A DNA stretch of 41,201 bases from a bacterium (GCA_963663405.2 CAXXSM010000007.1:1-41201); one strand, 5' to 3'; counted from the first letter of the stretch, positions 28,287-38,198 are shown. The notes: a model not told the origin generated them from the letters alone. Numbers and translations: made by a program.

Positions 28287-29267
28287 ATGAAGAGCGTAGG
28301 ATTGGGAATAATCGTTATCATCGTCAGTCTTATTGGATTCACGAACAGTACAAACGGACAGTCATCGATTATAGATGTCCACCAGAACGTCGTTGACGCA
28401 TTTAACGCGCACGACATGGACGCAATGCTAAGTCAAACGACGGATGACTTTGTCTTTGAAGCGTGTTGGTTAACCGATATTTTGGACGGGCAGGAGTATA
28501 AGATATACATGGATACGTTATTCGAAGCCTATCCCGATGAGGCATTCCTTGATGGGCTTATTTTTTATACTGATGATTTTATCGTTAAAGAACACGGTAT
28601 ACAGGGAACGCATATGAAAGAATATTTTGGTATACCTCCCACAGGAAAAAAAGCCGATCCCTGGATGCATATCGATGTGTTTGAATTAGATGGTCTTAAA
28701 ATCAAAAAACTATGGGGATATGGGGACATCCAAACCGTTTTTGTGGAGGGGGGCGTCATGCCTGCGCCTGAATATCCGCCATTTATTCCTTCATTTGATA
28801 CACCGGCTCCCGAAGCAACTGGTTTATCGCCCATGGACGCCAATACTGAAGCCTTATCCCGGTTTAACGCCCGGGATCCACAATCCTGGATTAAAATGGT
28901 AGCTGAAGGCGCGGATCTTTTCATCGGTGTCTTGCGTCAACCACTGACTCGCACCGAACTAGCTGCAATCTTAGAGATTCACTTCGCAGGATTTCCCGAC
29001 ATGAATGTTGAAACAGTTCGGACAGTTGATTTGGGTGATGGTTGGGTGTTAACACAAAATAATGTGACCGCTACACACACCGGAACATGGTTTGGTATTC
29101 CTCCAACGGGAAAACTCTCTGTGATTCAAGAGGCTTACATCATGCGATTTAACTCTGACGGTCTCATCACGTATTATCATTCTTACTATGATAACTTGAC
29201 CGTATTGACTAATCTGGGATTGCTTGGGGAAACTTCATCGAGTCAAAATTGGGAGCTTTTCGAATAA
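28287..29267 (+). CDS. secreted protein with two SnoaL-like/ester-cyclase (NTF2-fold) domains
   Basis: Signal peptide; two repeats AFNAHD...AYPD...GTH...FGIPPTGK and RFNARD...GFPD...ATH...FGIPPTGK; C-terminus TSSSQNWELFE. Confidence 0.9.
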   Translation: MKSVGLGIIVIIVSLIGFTNSTNGQSSIIDVHQNVVDAFNAHDMDAMLSQTTDDFVFEACWLTDILDGQEYKIYMDTLFEAYPDEAFLDGLIFYTDDFIVKEHGIQGTHMKEYFGIPPTGKKADPWMHIDVFELDGLKIKKLWGYGDIQTVFVEGGVMPAPEYPPFIPSFDTPAPEATGLSPMDANTEALSRFNARDPQSWIKMVAEGADLFIGVLRQPLTRTELAAILEIHFAGFPDMNVETVRTVDLGDGWVLTQNNVTATHTGTWFGIPPTGKLSVIQEAYIMRFNSDGLITYYHSYYDNLTVLTNLGLLGETSSSQNWELFE

Positions 29268-29476
29268 ACGGTTGTGCAATAAATGGTAATATAGAAAGTT
29301 TTTTAGATTCTAACGTCTAAAGTGGATTACACAGAGGAACATGTATGCAAGTCATTTTTAAATGGAATAATTTACATAAAAAGAACATTGTAAAATAATT
29401 GGATGTAAATCATTTTTAATTGTTCTAAATAGAAAATCTTTATTTATTGTCCAAATCATCATGAAAGGAATCAATT

Positions 29477-30346
29477 ATGTTTAATAAATTTAAGATATAT
29501 TTTTTTATTTGCTTTGCTTCCCAATTTCTATCAATTACTCATGCTGATGGAATTGTTGAACACCATAAAATAATAAGTCAAATTTTAGCGGATGCTCGTC
29601 AAGTATCTACACGAGAAATCAGTATTTATCTCCCAGAAGACTATGTGTGTTCCAACAAGTATTATCCAACATTGTATCTTCTACATGGTGCAACAGGTAC
29701 AAATAGAACTTTTTTAGGCAGCGGATACAGCAACACTTATATGACAGGGGTAAAAGTAAATTTAATTGTTGATAGACTGATCGATGAAAATATAATAAAA
29801 CCTTTGATTATAGTATTGCCTAATATGAACCGATCTTGGGGAAGAAAGCTTGATCCCTATGATAATTATTTTGTAGAAGAACTTATGCCATTTATTGATG
29901 AAAATTACCGCACAATTAAACATAGAAATGCGAGAGCAATTATTGGACATTCTGAAGGAGGACATGGTTCTCTGCATATCGCTTTTTCACACCCAGAATT
30001 ATTTAGCCAAGTGGGTGGTTACAGTTCTTATTCACCGGGAGGGGCTTTACCAAACAGAAATGTTATAATATCTCACGATAATAATGCTTTTTTTCTCCAA
30101 TTTTGGCTCTACGCCGGATTAAATGATCATTTTGATCCAGTTATTCCTGGTAATCGAGATCTAGTGGAAAGTCTTAAAACAGCAAATTTACCATATACAT
30201 ACATTGAAGATACTGGTGATCATTTCAATAAGATACCTCAAAGGCTTGAAGAAAGCATTATATATTTTTCAGAAAAATACATCTACGAAGTTGATTCAAT
30301 AAAATCACAAGGAAATCTTATCGACATTTGGGAACGGATGAAATAA
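29477..30346 (+). CDS. secreted alpha/beta-hydrolase esterase (Fes/XynC-like)
   Basis: IYLPEDY...YPTLYLLHG, ELMPFIDENYRT, nucleophile elbow GHSEGG, catalytic-His region GDH; AAAGGA RBS. Confidence 0.92.
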   Translation: MFNKFKIYFFICFASQFLSITHADGIVEHHKIISQILADARQVSTREISIYLPEDYVCSNKYYPTLYLLHGATGTNRTFLGSGYSNTYMTGVKVNLIVDRLIDENIIKPLIIVLPNMNRSWGRKLDPYDNYFVEELMPFIDENYRTIKHRNARAIIGHSEGGHGSLHIAFSHPELFSQVGGYSSYSPGGALPNRNVIISHDNNAFFLQFWLYAGLNDHFDPVIPGNRDLVESLKTANLPYTYIEDTGDHFNKIPQRLEESIIYFSEKYIYEVDSIKSQGNLIDIWERMK

Positions 30347-30381
30347 AAAACCGTCAATATAGAACTTCTTTCCTTTGCAAT

Positions 30382-30605
30382 AGGGTGTGTAGTAATTTTT
30401 ACTTAGATCTAATGAAAAGAAAGGAGATGATTTGACTGAAAAAGGCGCTTTATCCATGTTCAATTTCAGATTCATGTTTCTTAATGAAGTGTGGGAGAAT
30501 TTTCAAATGCATCGAATCGAACAACAATTATATCTACGATATTCTCAAAGCGAACCATCTCGCTCCGCTCGTTATCCTAATAATGAGTTGATACAAGAAA
30601 TTTGA
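30382..30605 (+). pseudogene. degenerate ISKra4-family transposase C-terminal remnant (missed by the ORF track)
   Basis: Reads GVCSNFYLDLMKRKEMI[W, 1-nt deletion]TEKGALSMFNFRFMFLNEVWENFQMHRIEQQ, matching the ISKra4 'GACR...DRMERSGMRW...GA..ML.LR...LN..W..F...RI..E' pattern. Confidence 0.6.
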
Positions 30606-30982
30606 CAGGAAACCGGTAACATAGAATGCGAATTACACTTAAATAAATTACTGATCACTTATAAATCAATGAAGCTTATAAAAAGTCAAACTCAAAACTA
30701 GGATGCTTTTAAGTAATTGAATCCGATTTTGCAAACGTATACCTGGATTTCTAACTCATTGTTTTTGAATAGAATACAATTCACAACATTGTGAGATATA
30801 ACAAAAATCCAACAAATCCTCGTTAAAACATAACTATGTGCGAAAATCCCGGTTGGATACGAAAAGGCCCGCTATTATTGGCGATTCGTAATTTACATTT
30901 TTTGAGTTCCTGCATTTTTTCCCGAAATCACTGATTTTTCCATCCCAGCCTCAAAATTCCGGAATTTTGTTGTAAAAAAATG

Positions 30983-31011
30983 TTGACATTCGAGCCAACA
31001 AAAGGCATAAT
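30983..31011 (+). promoter_or_regulatory. IS-internal sigma70 promoter
   Basis: TTGACA (30983-30988)-N17-CATAAT (31006-31011); palindrome AAAATTCCGGAATTTT just upstream. Confidence 0.6.
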
Positions 31012-31064
31012 ATGTATATATTACAGTACATATAATACATGTCATGCCTAAAGGTTGAGAGTCC

Positions 31065-31709
31065 ATGGACAACGAAACGATTTTGATGAAATTGCGGAAG
31101 CGAAAAGTCTTTACCATTGATCAACTGATCTCTTTTCTGAACGGTTCGATGCGGACCGCCCGGCGCCGGATCCAGCAGTGGAAGGTTTACACCAGTATTA
31201 ACCAGAACGGCCGGTATTACACACTGCCCGATATCCCTCAATTTAATTCAAACGGACTCTGGCGATACCGGAACGTCTTGTTTTCCCAACATGGCAATTT
31301 GAAACAAACGACCGTCCATTTAATCCGGCAATCGCCCCATGGATTGACGGCGCAGGAACTTATGGAATTTCTGGATCATCCGACACCGACCTTTCTGACT
31401 CCTTTACGAGAGTCGTCCGATCTACGCCGGGAGAAACATCATGGACGGTATATCTATTTCGCGGGAGACGCCAAGATCTACGCGCAACAAAAACGCCGGT
31501 GGGAGGCTCTCGAGGAAGAAATCAACGCGCAGTTGTCGGATGAGGAGGCGGTCCAGGTGTTAGTCTATTTCATTAAGCATCCCCAGCTGACGCCGGAAGA
31601 ACTGGCCCGGCGGCTTTCGTGTAAGGGCCGGAGCCTGAAAGCGGTCGGCATTCGCCGCTTGTTAGAAACGCATGACCTTCAAAAAAAAACGCCGGGTATC
31701 AAGCCGTAA
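31065..31709 (+). CDS. IS accessory ORF1, putative multi-HTH DNA-binding protein
   Basis: 214 aa inside the IRs; helix-turn-helix-like segments (FTIDQLISFL..SMRTARRRI; LTAQELMEFL; LTPEELARRL); ends in an A9 run overlapping the -1 frame of the transposase. Confidence 0.75.
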   Translation: MDNETILMKLRKRKVFTIDQLISFLNGSMRTARRRIQQWKVYTSINQNGRYYTLPDIPQFNSNGLWRYRNVLFSQHGNLKQTTVHLIRQSPHGLTAQELMEFLDHPTPTFLTPLRESSDLRREKHHGRYIYFAGDAKIYAQQKRRWEALEEEINAQLSDEEAVQVLVYFIKHPQLTPEELARRLSCKGRSLKAVGIRRLLETHDLQKKTPGIKP

Positions 31710-31714
31710 CCTGT

Positions 31715-33520
31715 TTGAGAGAGTATCTCGATAAAGTCAATTCCAAGTGTTCGCCCCGGAATTTATTTGCGGAAATCCCAACCCTGCATTTCGAATCGCC
31801 TCAGAAAACCTGCCCGATCTGCGGCCAACCATTGAAATTACTCAAAACGCGTGAAAAAACCATTGTGACGTTGGATATCGGACCGTTCCGAGCGAAAGAG
31901 ACGATCCGGTGGTGTCCTCAGCATCGGCAAGTGTTCGCCTCACCCGACTTGAAAGCGCTCACACCGGCTCATGGCACGTTTGGATTTGACGTGCTGATCT
32001 ATGTCGGTAACGCCCTGTTTCTTCGCAGCCGGAGCAACCAAGAAATCCGGGAGGAATTGAGGGAACGAAACATTGTCATTTCCGATCGAGAGATCAGTTA
32101 CTTGGGCAAGAAGTTTGTCTTCTATGTGACTATGGCGCATCAAGAAAGCCGCCCGGCGATCAAGGAACTGTTGGAGGCTCAGGGCGGTTACATTCTTCAC
32201 GTCGATGGAACCTGTGAAAGCGATAGCCCTCATGTGTTCACGGGGATGGATGGTCTATCGAATATCGTTTTAGACAGCGCGAAATATCCGTCCGAAAAAT
32301 CCGGCTCCATCGCGCCCTTCTTTCAACGCATTGAGCAGGACTACGGCCGCCCTGTCGCGTTGGTTCATGATATGGGAAAAGGCATCCTCAAAGCCGTTGA
32401 GGAAGTGTTTCCCGATGTTCCCGATTTCATCTGCCATTTCCATTTCCTGCGCGCTCTTGGCGGGGATCTGTTGAAAAAAGATTACGACGGTATCCGGGAT
32501 GGGTTAAGGCGGCTTCGGATCCGGACCACGCTTCGGAGTTATGAAAAAACATTTGAGCCATTGTTCCGCCAGAATCAGAGCCGGTTTCAAGAGATTCTCA
32601 CTGGCTTGGACTCGGGGCATTCTCCCCAAACCTTACTGGCCCAAACCCCGGCGGCCTTCGCCTATGCCTTAATTCATTGGGCGCTTCATCCCGTCAATCA
32701 ATTTGGGGGCTATGGATTTCCCTTCGACCTGACTCATGTCGTCTTCCTTCGGCGGTTGCATACGATGGAAACGGCGGTAAGTGAGATGTTGGTCACATCC
32801 TTTCAAGGTGATCTTGATACGAATTGGCCGTTCTTCCGGTTGCTCAAAGCTCTGCGAAAGGTGACCAATGATGAGAAACTACTCATTCATTTGGTATAGA
32901 TCGAAGAGAAGATTGAAGTCTTCGAGGCGCTTCGTTCCGCCTTGAGAGTGGCGCTGCCTGAGGGGAAGCAAGGCTTGAATGATGACGGAGACGAGACGCC
33001 GATCCACACGATCAAAGAGAACGTGGAAGCGTTTCGAGACTGGGTTACGACAGACAAGCGGTTCCTCTGGAACAAGGCCTATAAAAAGATGGTCGCTCAA
33101 CTCGACCAATACTGGGAAAAACTGTTCGCCGATCCGATTCCCGTCACGACACCACAAGGGATTGTAATGATCCAACCGCAAAGGACAAATAATATATTAG
33201 AAAGATTTTTCCGGGATCTAAAACGACGGAATCGGAAGAAAAGCGGAATTTCAAGTATGGGCAAAACACTTACATACATGCTTCCCTCAACGCCGTTGGT
33301 GTGTAACCTAGAACACAATGAATATGAGCAAATCATTCGGAATGGATGTGAAAGCCTGGAAAAACGATTCGCTCAGATCGATTGCCAGTTGATATGGGAC
33401 CAATTCAAGCAATCCCGTAAAAGTTCTGTCATTATTTCCCCCCAAATCAAAAAACTCATCGCTCAGCCCAACTTCCCAGAACAACTGAGCAACCACTACG
33501 CCGCCTTCGCCTCAAACTAA
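31715..33520 (+). pseudogene. DDE transposase (MULE-like) with a single in-frame TAG at 32897-32899
   Basis: CPICG Zn finger, YILHVDGT, LVHDMGKG, CHFHFLR (CxxH), RTNNILERFF; ORFs 31715-32899 and 32942-33520 are in the same frame. Confidence 0.85.
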
Positions 33521-33634
33521 AATCCAACCGGCATTTGCGGGCATACAAACATAATAAATAAGGCTTAAATCGTGCCTAAATCAGCACTCAAGCGCTCATT
33601 CAGAGATACAAATCCTCCCCTGACGCACACACAT

Positions 33635-33823
33635 AAAAAAAATGATTCATCCAGATCGATTACTGCTTGGTTTGGTCTAATTCAAGCAATCCTGCATGAG
33701 TTCCGCCGTTATCTCCCCCCAAATCTAGAAAATTATCGCCAAACCGGCTTTCCCCCAATTCCTGAGCGAACACTATGCCGCCTGCGCAACTCCCTGATAT
33801 CCAACCGTCATTTGCAGTCATAG
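33635..33823 (+). mobile_element. older degenerate copy of the 3' end and right IR of a related element
   Basis: Aligns by eye to about 33360-33546 (CAGATCGATT, AATTCAAGCAATCC, TCCCCCCAAATC, CACTA.GCCGCC) and ends in ATCCAACCGTCATTTGCAGTCATAG. Confidence 0.8.
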
Positions 33824-34101
33824 AAGAATTCGTATATAGGTCTTAATGGATATGGCTAATAAATTTAATGAGAATGTATGGGCTATATCCTTTCTTTTGC
33901 TAGTACAACTGCCAATTGGATATGGTCGAGGCCTCTGCCAAGTTTTTTTAACTCCACATCCCAAAAACACCCAAGCACCATTTCATGATGCTCGGGAGAT
34001 CATGCTAATAGAATGACATATATCGGATCCTTTAGCTCGATTTCGCGTATATTGTGCAGTGTCCACTCTAGTGTTTTAGAGTTGAAATAGTACATACTGA
34101 C

Positions 34102-34410
34102 TGTCGTGCCATCGCCCGGTCCAACCGCTTAACGCTGCCTCCCATGGAGCCCAGCCATGAAACGGACGAAAAATGGGCGGTGATCAGTGAAGAGTTTGAA
34201 GAAGTGCTCTATCACGCCGCTGGTGTGGACCTCACCACCAAGGGCGGAAGCGGATTCCCCTCCATGGTGCCCCATATTCTGCGCCACCGGAAACAAGTAC
34301 CCTGGAACTGGACCAACCAACAGTGGCCATCCTCTCACCAATGGGTATCGTCACACAGCTGGCCCTCATCCCACACCATGCCGTCTTCACATAGTTCGGT
34401 GAAGAAATAG
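34102..34410 (+). pseudogene. short ORF or C-terminal remnant with 6-aa [WM][PV]SSH[QST] repeats
   Basis: GC-richer than flanks, open from about 34075, no RBS before ATG 34144; ends WPSSHQ WVSSHS WPSSHT MPSSHS; followed by a terminator. Confidence 0.55.
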
Positions 34411-34430
34411 AAACATTTCGACAGCAATCA

Positions 34431-34469
34431 AAGGCCCCATTTCAGGAAACTGGAATGGGGCTTTGTTTA
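34431..34469. terminator. intrinsic terminator between convergent genes
   Basis: AAGGCCCCATTTCAG-GAAA-CTGGAATGGGGCTTT followed by GTTTAT. Confidence 0.8.
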
Positions 34470-34542
34470 TGGCATCCAATCATGTAGGCATAATAAGATA
34501 TTGCCAAAGTTGGTTGGTGGTTTCCTTAAACAATCAATAATG

Positions 34543-35183
34543 TCACCACGGATCTGTAGTCACCCATGGTTTCCAATCTTTTTCGGGTGGTAAGGAATAA
34601 TCTATTCCTAGTGATGGTCGACCTAAACCATCAATAATATCACCCCTGCTTATAATACCATTTGATATATTGTAATGTAATCTTCCATACTGATCACATT
34701 GGTCTGGCCCAAAACTCCACATTTTAAATGTAAAACAATAATTGGCATTCTGCTTCCATGATTCAAATTCTCTCGGTGAAAGCCGTCTGCCAAAATGAAA
34801 TGCGTATGATAAATCATCATAGTCACCACAGAATTCAAGCCATGCTGGATGTTTGAATATATCTGTAGAGATTCCAGCAGAGAGATAAGGTTTTAACATG
34901 AATGGTAAATTGGGATTGATTCCATTAAAAGATGTTTCCGCCCAATTCTTATTTGAACTTTGCTTCCGTATATGCTCTTGTGCTTCTAACTCAAGAGGAA
35001 ATAATCATGATCAACATGATACATATTGAAAGCCTGTTCGAATTTATTTAAATCATGAAGCATCCGTGCCACCTTCCCTCGAATCTGAGCGTTGAGAAAA
35101 TTGGGCACCATGATCGCTAAAAGAATGCCCAAAATAGACACTACAACTAACAATTCAATAAGGGTAAAGGCATATTTTTTCAT
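34543..35183 (-). CDS. prepilin-type N-terminal cleavage/methylation domain protein (pseudopilin-like), frameshift at about 34998
   Basis: MKKYA|FTLIELLVVVSILGILLAIMVPNFLNAQIR; adding one T in TATTTCCT joins it to ...LKPYL...DIF...WSFGPD...YNISNGIISRGDI. Confidence 0.85.
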
Positions 35184-35210
35184 GATTAAATGTTTCCTGA
35201 CTATGATCCA

Positions 35211-36212
35211 TTAATACAGTTGCCAATTTGATAAAGAGGATGTCTCTAACAAACTCTTCAATTCTACGTCCCAAAAATGTCCCACTGCCATTTCATGATT
35301 CTCATTGGACCACGCAGCTAAAGCGGCATATACCGGATCGTTCAACTCAATTTCTTGTGTATCATAAAGAATCCATTCTTGTGTCTGAATATTGTAATAG
35401 TACATCCTGGCTAACTTACCTTCTCGCTCTAATCGAATCCATCCATCTTGCATGGATGGCGTGATCCATCCTGTAACATCCGGGTAGTGATTGTTTGAAA
35501 TGCGCCATTCTCCTTTAACCTGACCATTTGTTCGATAAAAGACCATATAGAAAGCGGGAGGAGGCAGGATTAATTCATCGGTTATAATTATAATAGCTGC
35601 TCCTGCTATATCGGTGCTAGGGCATTCTGCTTTCAATCTGGCTTGAATAAGAAATGGTCCGCTCAATTCCGAATACACTAAATGAGACCAAAAATCCGGT
35701 GAACTTCCCGCGCGGATTTGATATTCACCTGTTTGGCTGTCATATGCAGCATCATATGCCAATCGAATCTCTCCAACGATATCTTTATGATCCTGGAAAA
35801 TGCCCAATGGCTGAGGGGATTGAGATGCTTGGGAAAGTGTTATTATTTCTGTGATTTTATGATCACCAATTTTACCGGAAAAAACTGCATTTCCTTCCGC
35901 TGTAGATGGGGGTGTTACAGAATAGGTGATAATTGCCGATTGATTATCCTGTGAATCCAAATCCCAAGTAATTACTCCATTATTCACTTTCCCATTGTTT
36001 TCCACATCGTCTATTGTCCAGTCCATGGGTGGTGTTTCTTCGATGTGTATGGCTCCATCTGGACCGCTGATATTGATGGTTACCTGATGTTTCATCCCTG
36101 GCCAGTATTCCGAATAAGGCAGAGACCGTTCTGCAATGGGCTGCGCTGAAGCGGAGGCTACAAAACAAAAAGCAATAGTCAATGTTAGTATTTGCATAAT
36201 GATTTTTTTCAT
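35211..36212 (-). CDS. secreted two-domain beta-sandwich protein, paralogous to the BlaR1 ectodomain
   Basis: Signal peptide ending ASA|Q; domain 1 AERSLP..YWPG..V.INISG...IEETPP.DWTI...NGVITW; domain 2 PLGIFQDHKD...YDSQTGEYQIRAG...QDGWIRLEREG...DPVYA; C-terminus TSSLSNWQLY. Confidence 0.85.
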   Translation of the reverse strand: MKKIIMQILTLTIAFCFVASASAQPIAERSLPYSEYWPGMKHQVTINISGPDGAIHIEETPPMDWTIDDVENNGKVNNGVITWDLDSQDNQSAIITYSVTPPSTAEGNAVFSGKIGDHKITEIITLSQASQSPQPLGIFQDHKDIVGEIRLAYDAAYDSQTGEYQIRAGSSPDFWSHLVYSELSGPFLIQARLKAECPSTDIAGAAIIIITDELILPPPAFYMVFYRTNGQVKGEWRISNNHYPDVTGWITPSMQDGWIRLEREGKLARMYYYNIQTQEWILYDTQEIELNDPVYAALAAWSNENHEMAVGHFWDVELKSLLETSSLSNWQLY

Positions 36213-36439
36213 TGTTTTTCCTTTCTTCTTCTGGTGGCTGTTCTGTTACATCTCTATTTCTGTCTTTATTCAGATGATCCATCTTCAATATGGAATTCCA
36301 CTTCAGAAAAAATCCCCATTGTGGTTCGGCCTGGATCTACGGATTGAGCAAATAAACCTGCATAAACTGGATCACTGAATTGAATGGTATAAGAATCGAA
36401 GAAAGTACGTTTATTGGTTCTCAAATCGACATAATAAGT

Positions 36440-38198
36440 CCTAAGCTGAGCGATTATGTGTGAATAATACTGATAAAAAACTGCGTAACGCTTTGATTTC
36501 TCATACGTTATACATATATGGCATTCATAATTTAATCTAACCTATTGGGTGAGGGAAATCAATGGCGCGTTCCAAGAAAAAATCGAAACGAAATCCGGCT
36601 AAGATCACTAAAATTGGAGTCACCTCCGATGTGCTGACTTCGCGAGGAGGACTCAATTTCTTTTCAAAGTATATTGAAAACATACAAATTCTTTCTGTCT
36701 TAGGAATGCTATTTGGCTCCATCCGGAAAAGTAAAAAAGGACAGTCAATCGAAACCATCTTAAAACAAGTGATCTGTAATTTAATGAATGGCATGAGCCG
36801 CCATTTGACTTACTTTGACCAATTGAAAACGGATCAAGGCTATACCGCCAGTCTCGAACTGACGTCGGAGGAGATGGTCTCCTCTCACAGCGTCAAACGA
36901 TTTTTTAAAGCCTTTTCCATGCCCCTGGTTTGGGCGTTTCGCAAACTGTTGAAGCAACTGTTCCTGTGGCGGTTGCGGTTGGAGAATCCACCAGTCATTT
37001 ATCTCGGAATCGATTCAATGGTGATGGACAACGACGAAGCCAGCAAGCGGGATGGAGTGCAGCCGACGTACAAAAAAAAGAAAGGCTTTCACCCGTTGCA
37101 GATGACGTGGAAGCGAGTGATTATAGATGCAGTGTTCCGTGGAGGCAAGAAACATTGCAACCATGGAGAGACGGTGGCCAATATGGCGCGAGAAATCGTG
37201 AAACTCATCCGGAAAAAATATCGGAAAGACGTAGCCATCGTCTTTCTTCTGGATGGAGGATTTTTCGACGAAAAACTCTTCCAGGAATTTGAAGCGCTGA
37301 AGGTCGGGTATATCTGTGGGGGGAAACTCTACGAAGACCTTTCTGACTATGCCGAAAGCCTGGAGAAAGAAGAGTGGAAAAAGTATACCAATGGGAAAGA
37401 CGGATGGGATTATTACGAGATGGAGGATCGGCGAGCGAGTTGGTCAAAATCGCGCCGCGCCATTTTCTGCCGCTTCACCCCGGAAGATCCGCAGCGAGTG
37501 TTTGACGCGTTTCGTCCCCTGACGATACTCTATACCAACTTGGGGCAAGGTGAGTCGATTGACGAACAACTCCTATTCGTTGGTCGGCAGGATCTCATCC
37601 AGACCGAAAAGATCCTCGAATGCGCTCATGGACGGGGACGGGATGAACTAGTCCATCGCGCCTTCAAGAACTTTGCCTTCGAGGCCCTACCGTTCCAGCG
37701 GTTCGCTCCGAATGCCGCCTACTATTACACAATGGTTGTCTCTCACTTTTTATACGAATGTTTCAAAGCAGATACATGTGAGGCGATCTTGCCTCTCGAA
37801 ACGTATGCGTCGACTTTCCGACGAAAAGTAATTGATATCGCTTCAAAGATTGTTCGAAAGAGTGGAGAGATATGGATCAAGTTCAATCAGGCCACTTGGA
37901 ACGATCTCCAACTCGATATACTCTGGGACCGATGTAAGAATCCCCCTCAATTTGTTTGGACCTAAGTAAAAAAAAAAGATAATTCCATCTTGAAGACCTG
38001 CCAATGTAACAGGATAAGTGCGCCTATAGGCTGTAAATTTCCACTCGACGACTCTTGTTCATACCCAACATTTCACTCACACGTTCTTTACTTACTGGAT
38101 TTTCAATGAAATTTAACTTACATTTATCAAACAACATAGTTGATCTTTGTAATTTCATTTAAAGTGAATATTTTTCAAGAAGAATCGCTCAATTTAGG
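36440..38198 (+). mobile_element. IS1380-family insertion sequence
   Basis: IRs CCTAAGCTGAGCGATT / AATCGCTCAATTTAGG (14/16), exact 5-bp TSD TAAGT (36435-36439, 38199-38203). Confidence 0.95.
36562..37965 (+). CDS. IS1380-family transposase (intact)
   Basis: LTSRGGL, LGIDS, TYKKKKGFHPL, LLDGGF, HGRGRDELVHRAFK, LPFQRFAPNAAYY, TFRRKVIDIASKIV. Confidence 0.93.
   Translation: MARSKKKSKRNPAKITKIGVTSDVLTSRGGLNFFSKYIENIQILSVLGMLFGSIRKSKKGQSIETILKQVICNLMNGMSRHLTYFDQLKTDQGYTASLELTSEEMVSSHSVKRFFKAFSMPLVWAFRKLLKQLFLWRLRLENPPVIYLGIDSMVMDNDEASKRDGVQPTYKKKKGFHPLQMTWKRVIIDAVFRGGKKHCNHGETVANMAREIVKLIRKKYRKDVAIVFLLDGGFFDEKLFQEFEALKVGYICGGKLYEDLSDYAESLEKEEWKKYTNGKDGWDYYEMEDRRASWSKSRRAIFCRFTPEDPQRVFDAFRPLTILYTNLGQGESIDEQLLFVGRQDLIQTEKILECAHGRGRDELVHRAFKNFAFEALPFQRFAPNAAYYYTMVVSHFLYECFKADTCEAILPLETYASTFRRKVIDIASKIVRKSGEIWIKFNQATWNDLQLDILWDRCKNPPQFVWT

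Larger units (their letters stand above)
30834..33546 (+). mobile_element. two-ORF insertion sequence with a MULE/IS256-superfamily-like DDE transposase
   Basis: 25-bp IRs CTATGTGCGAAAATCCCGGTTGGAT (30834-30858) and ATCCAACCGGCATTTGCGGGCATAC (33522-33546), 20/25 match; exact 8-bp TSD AAACATAA (30826-30833, 33547-33554). Confidence 0.9.

Noticed and set aside
30781-30794. Palindrome TCACAACATTGTGA as an operator
   Set aside because: Short, in AT-rich sequence, and no regulated gene remains adjacent.
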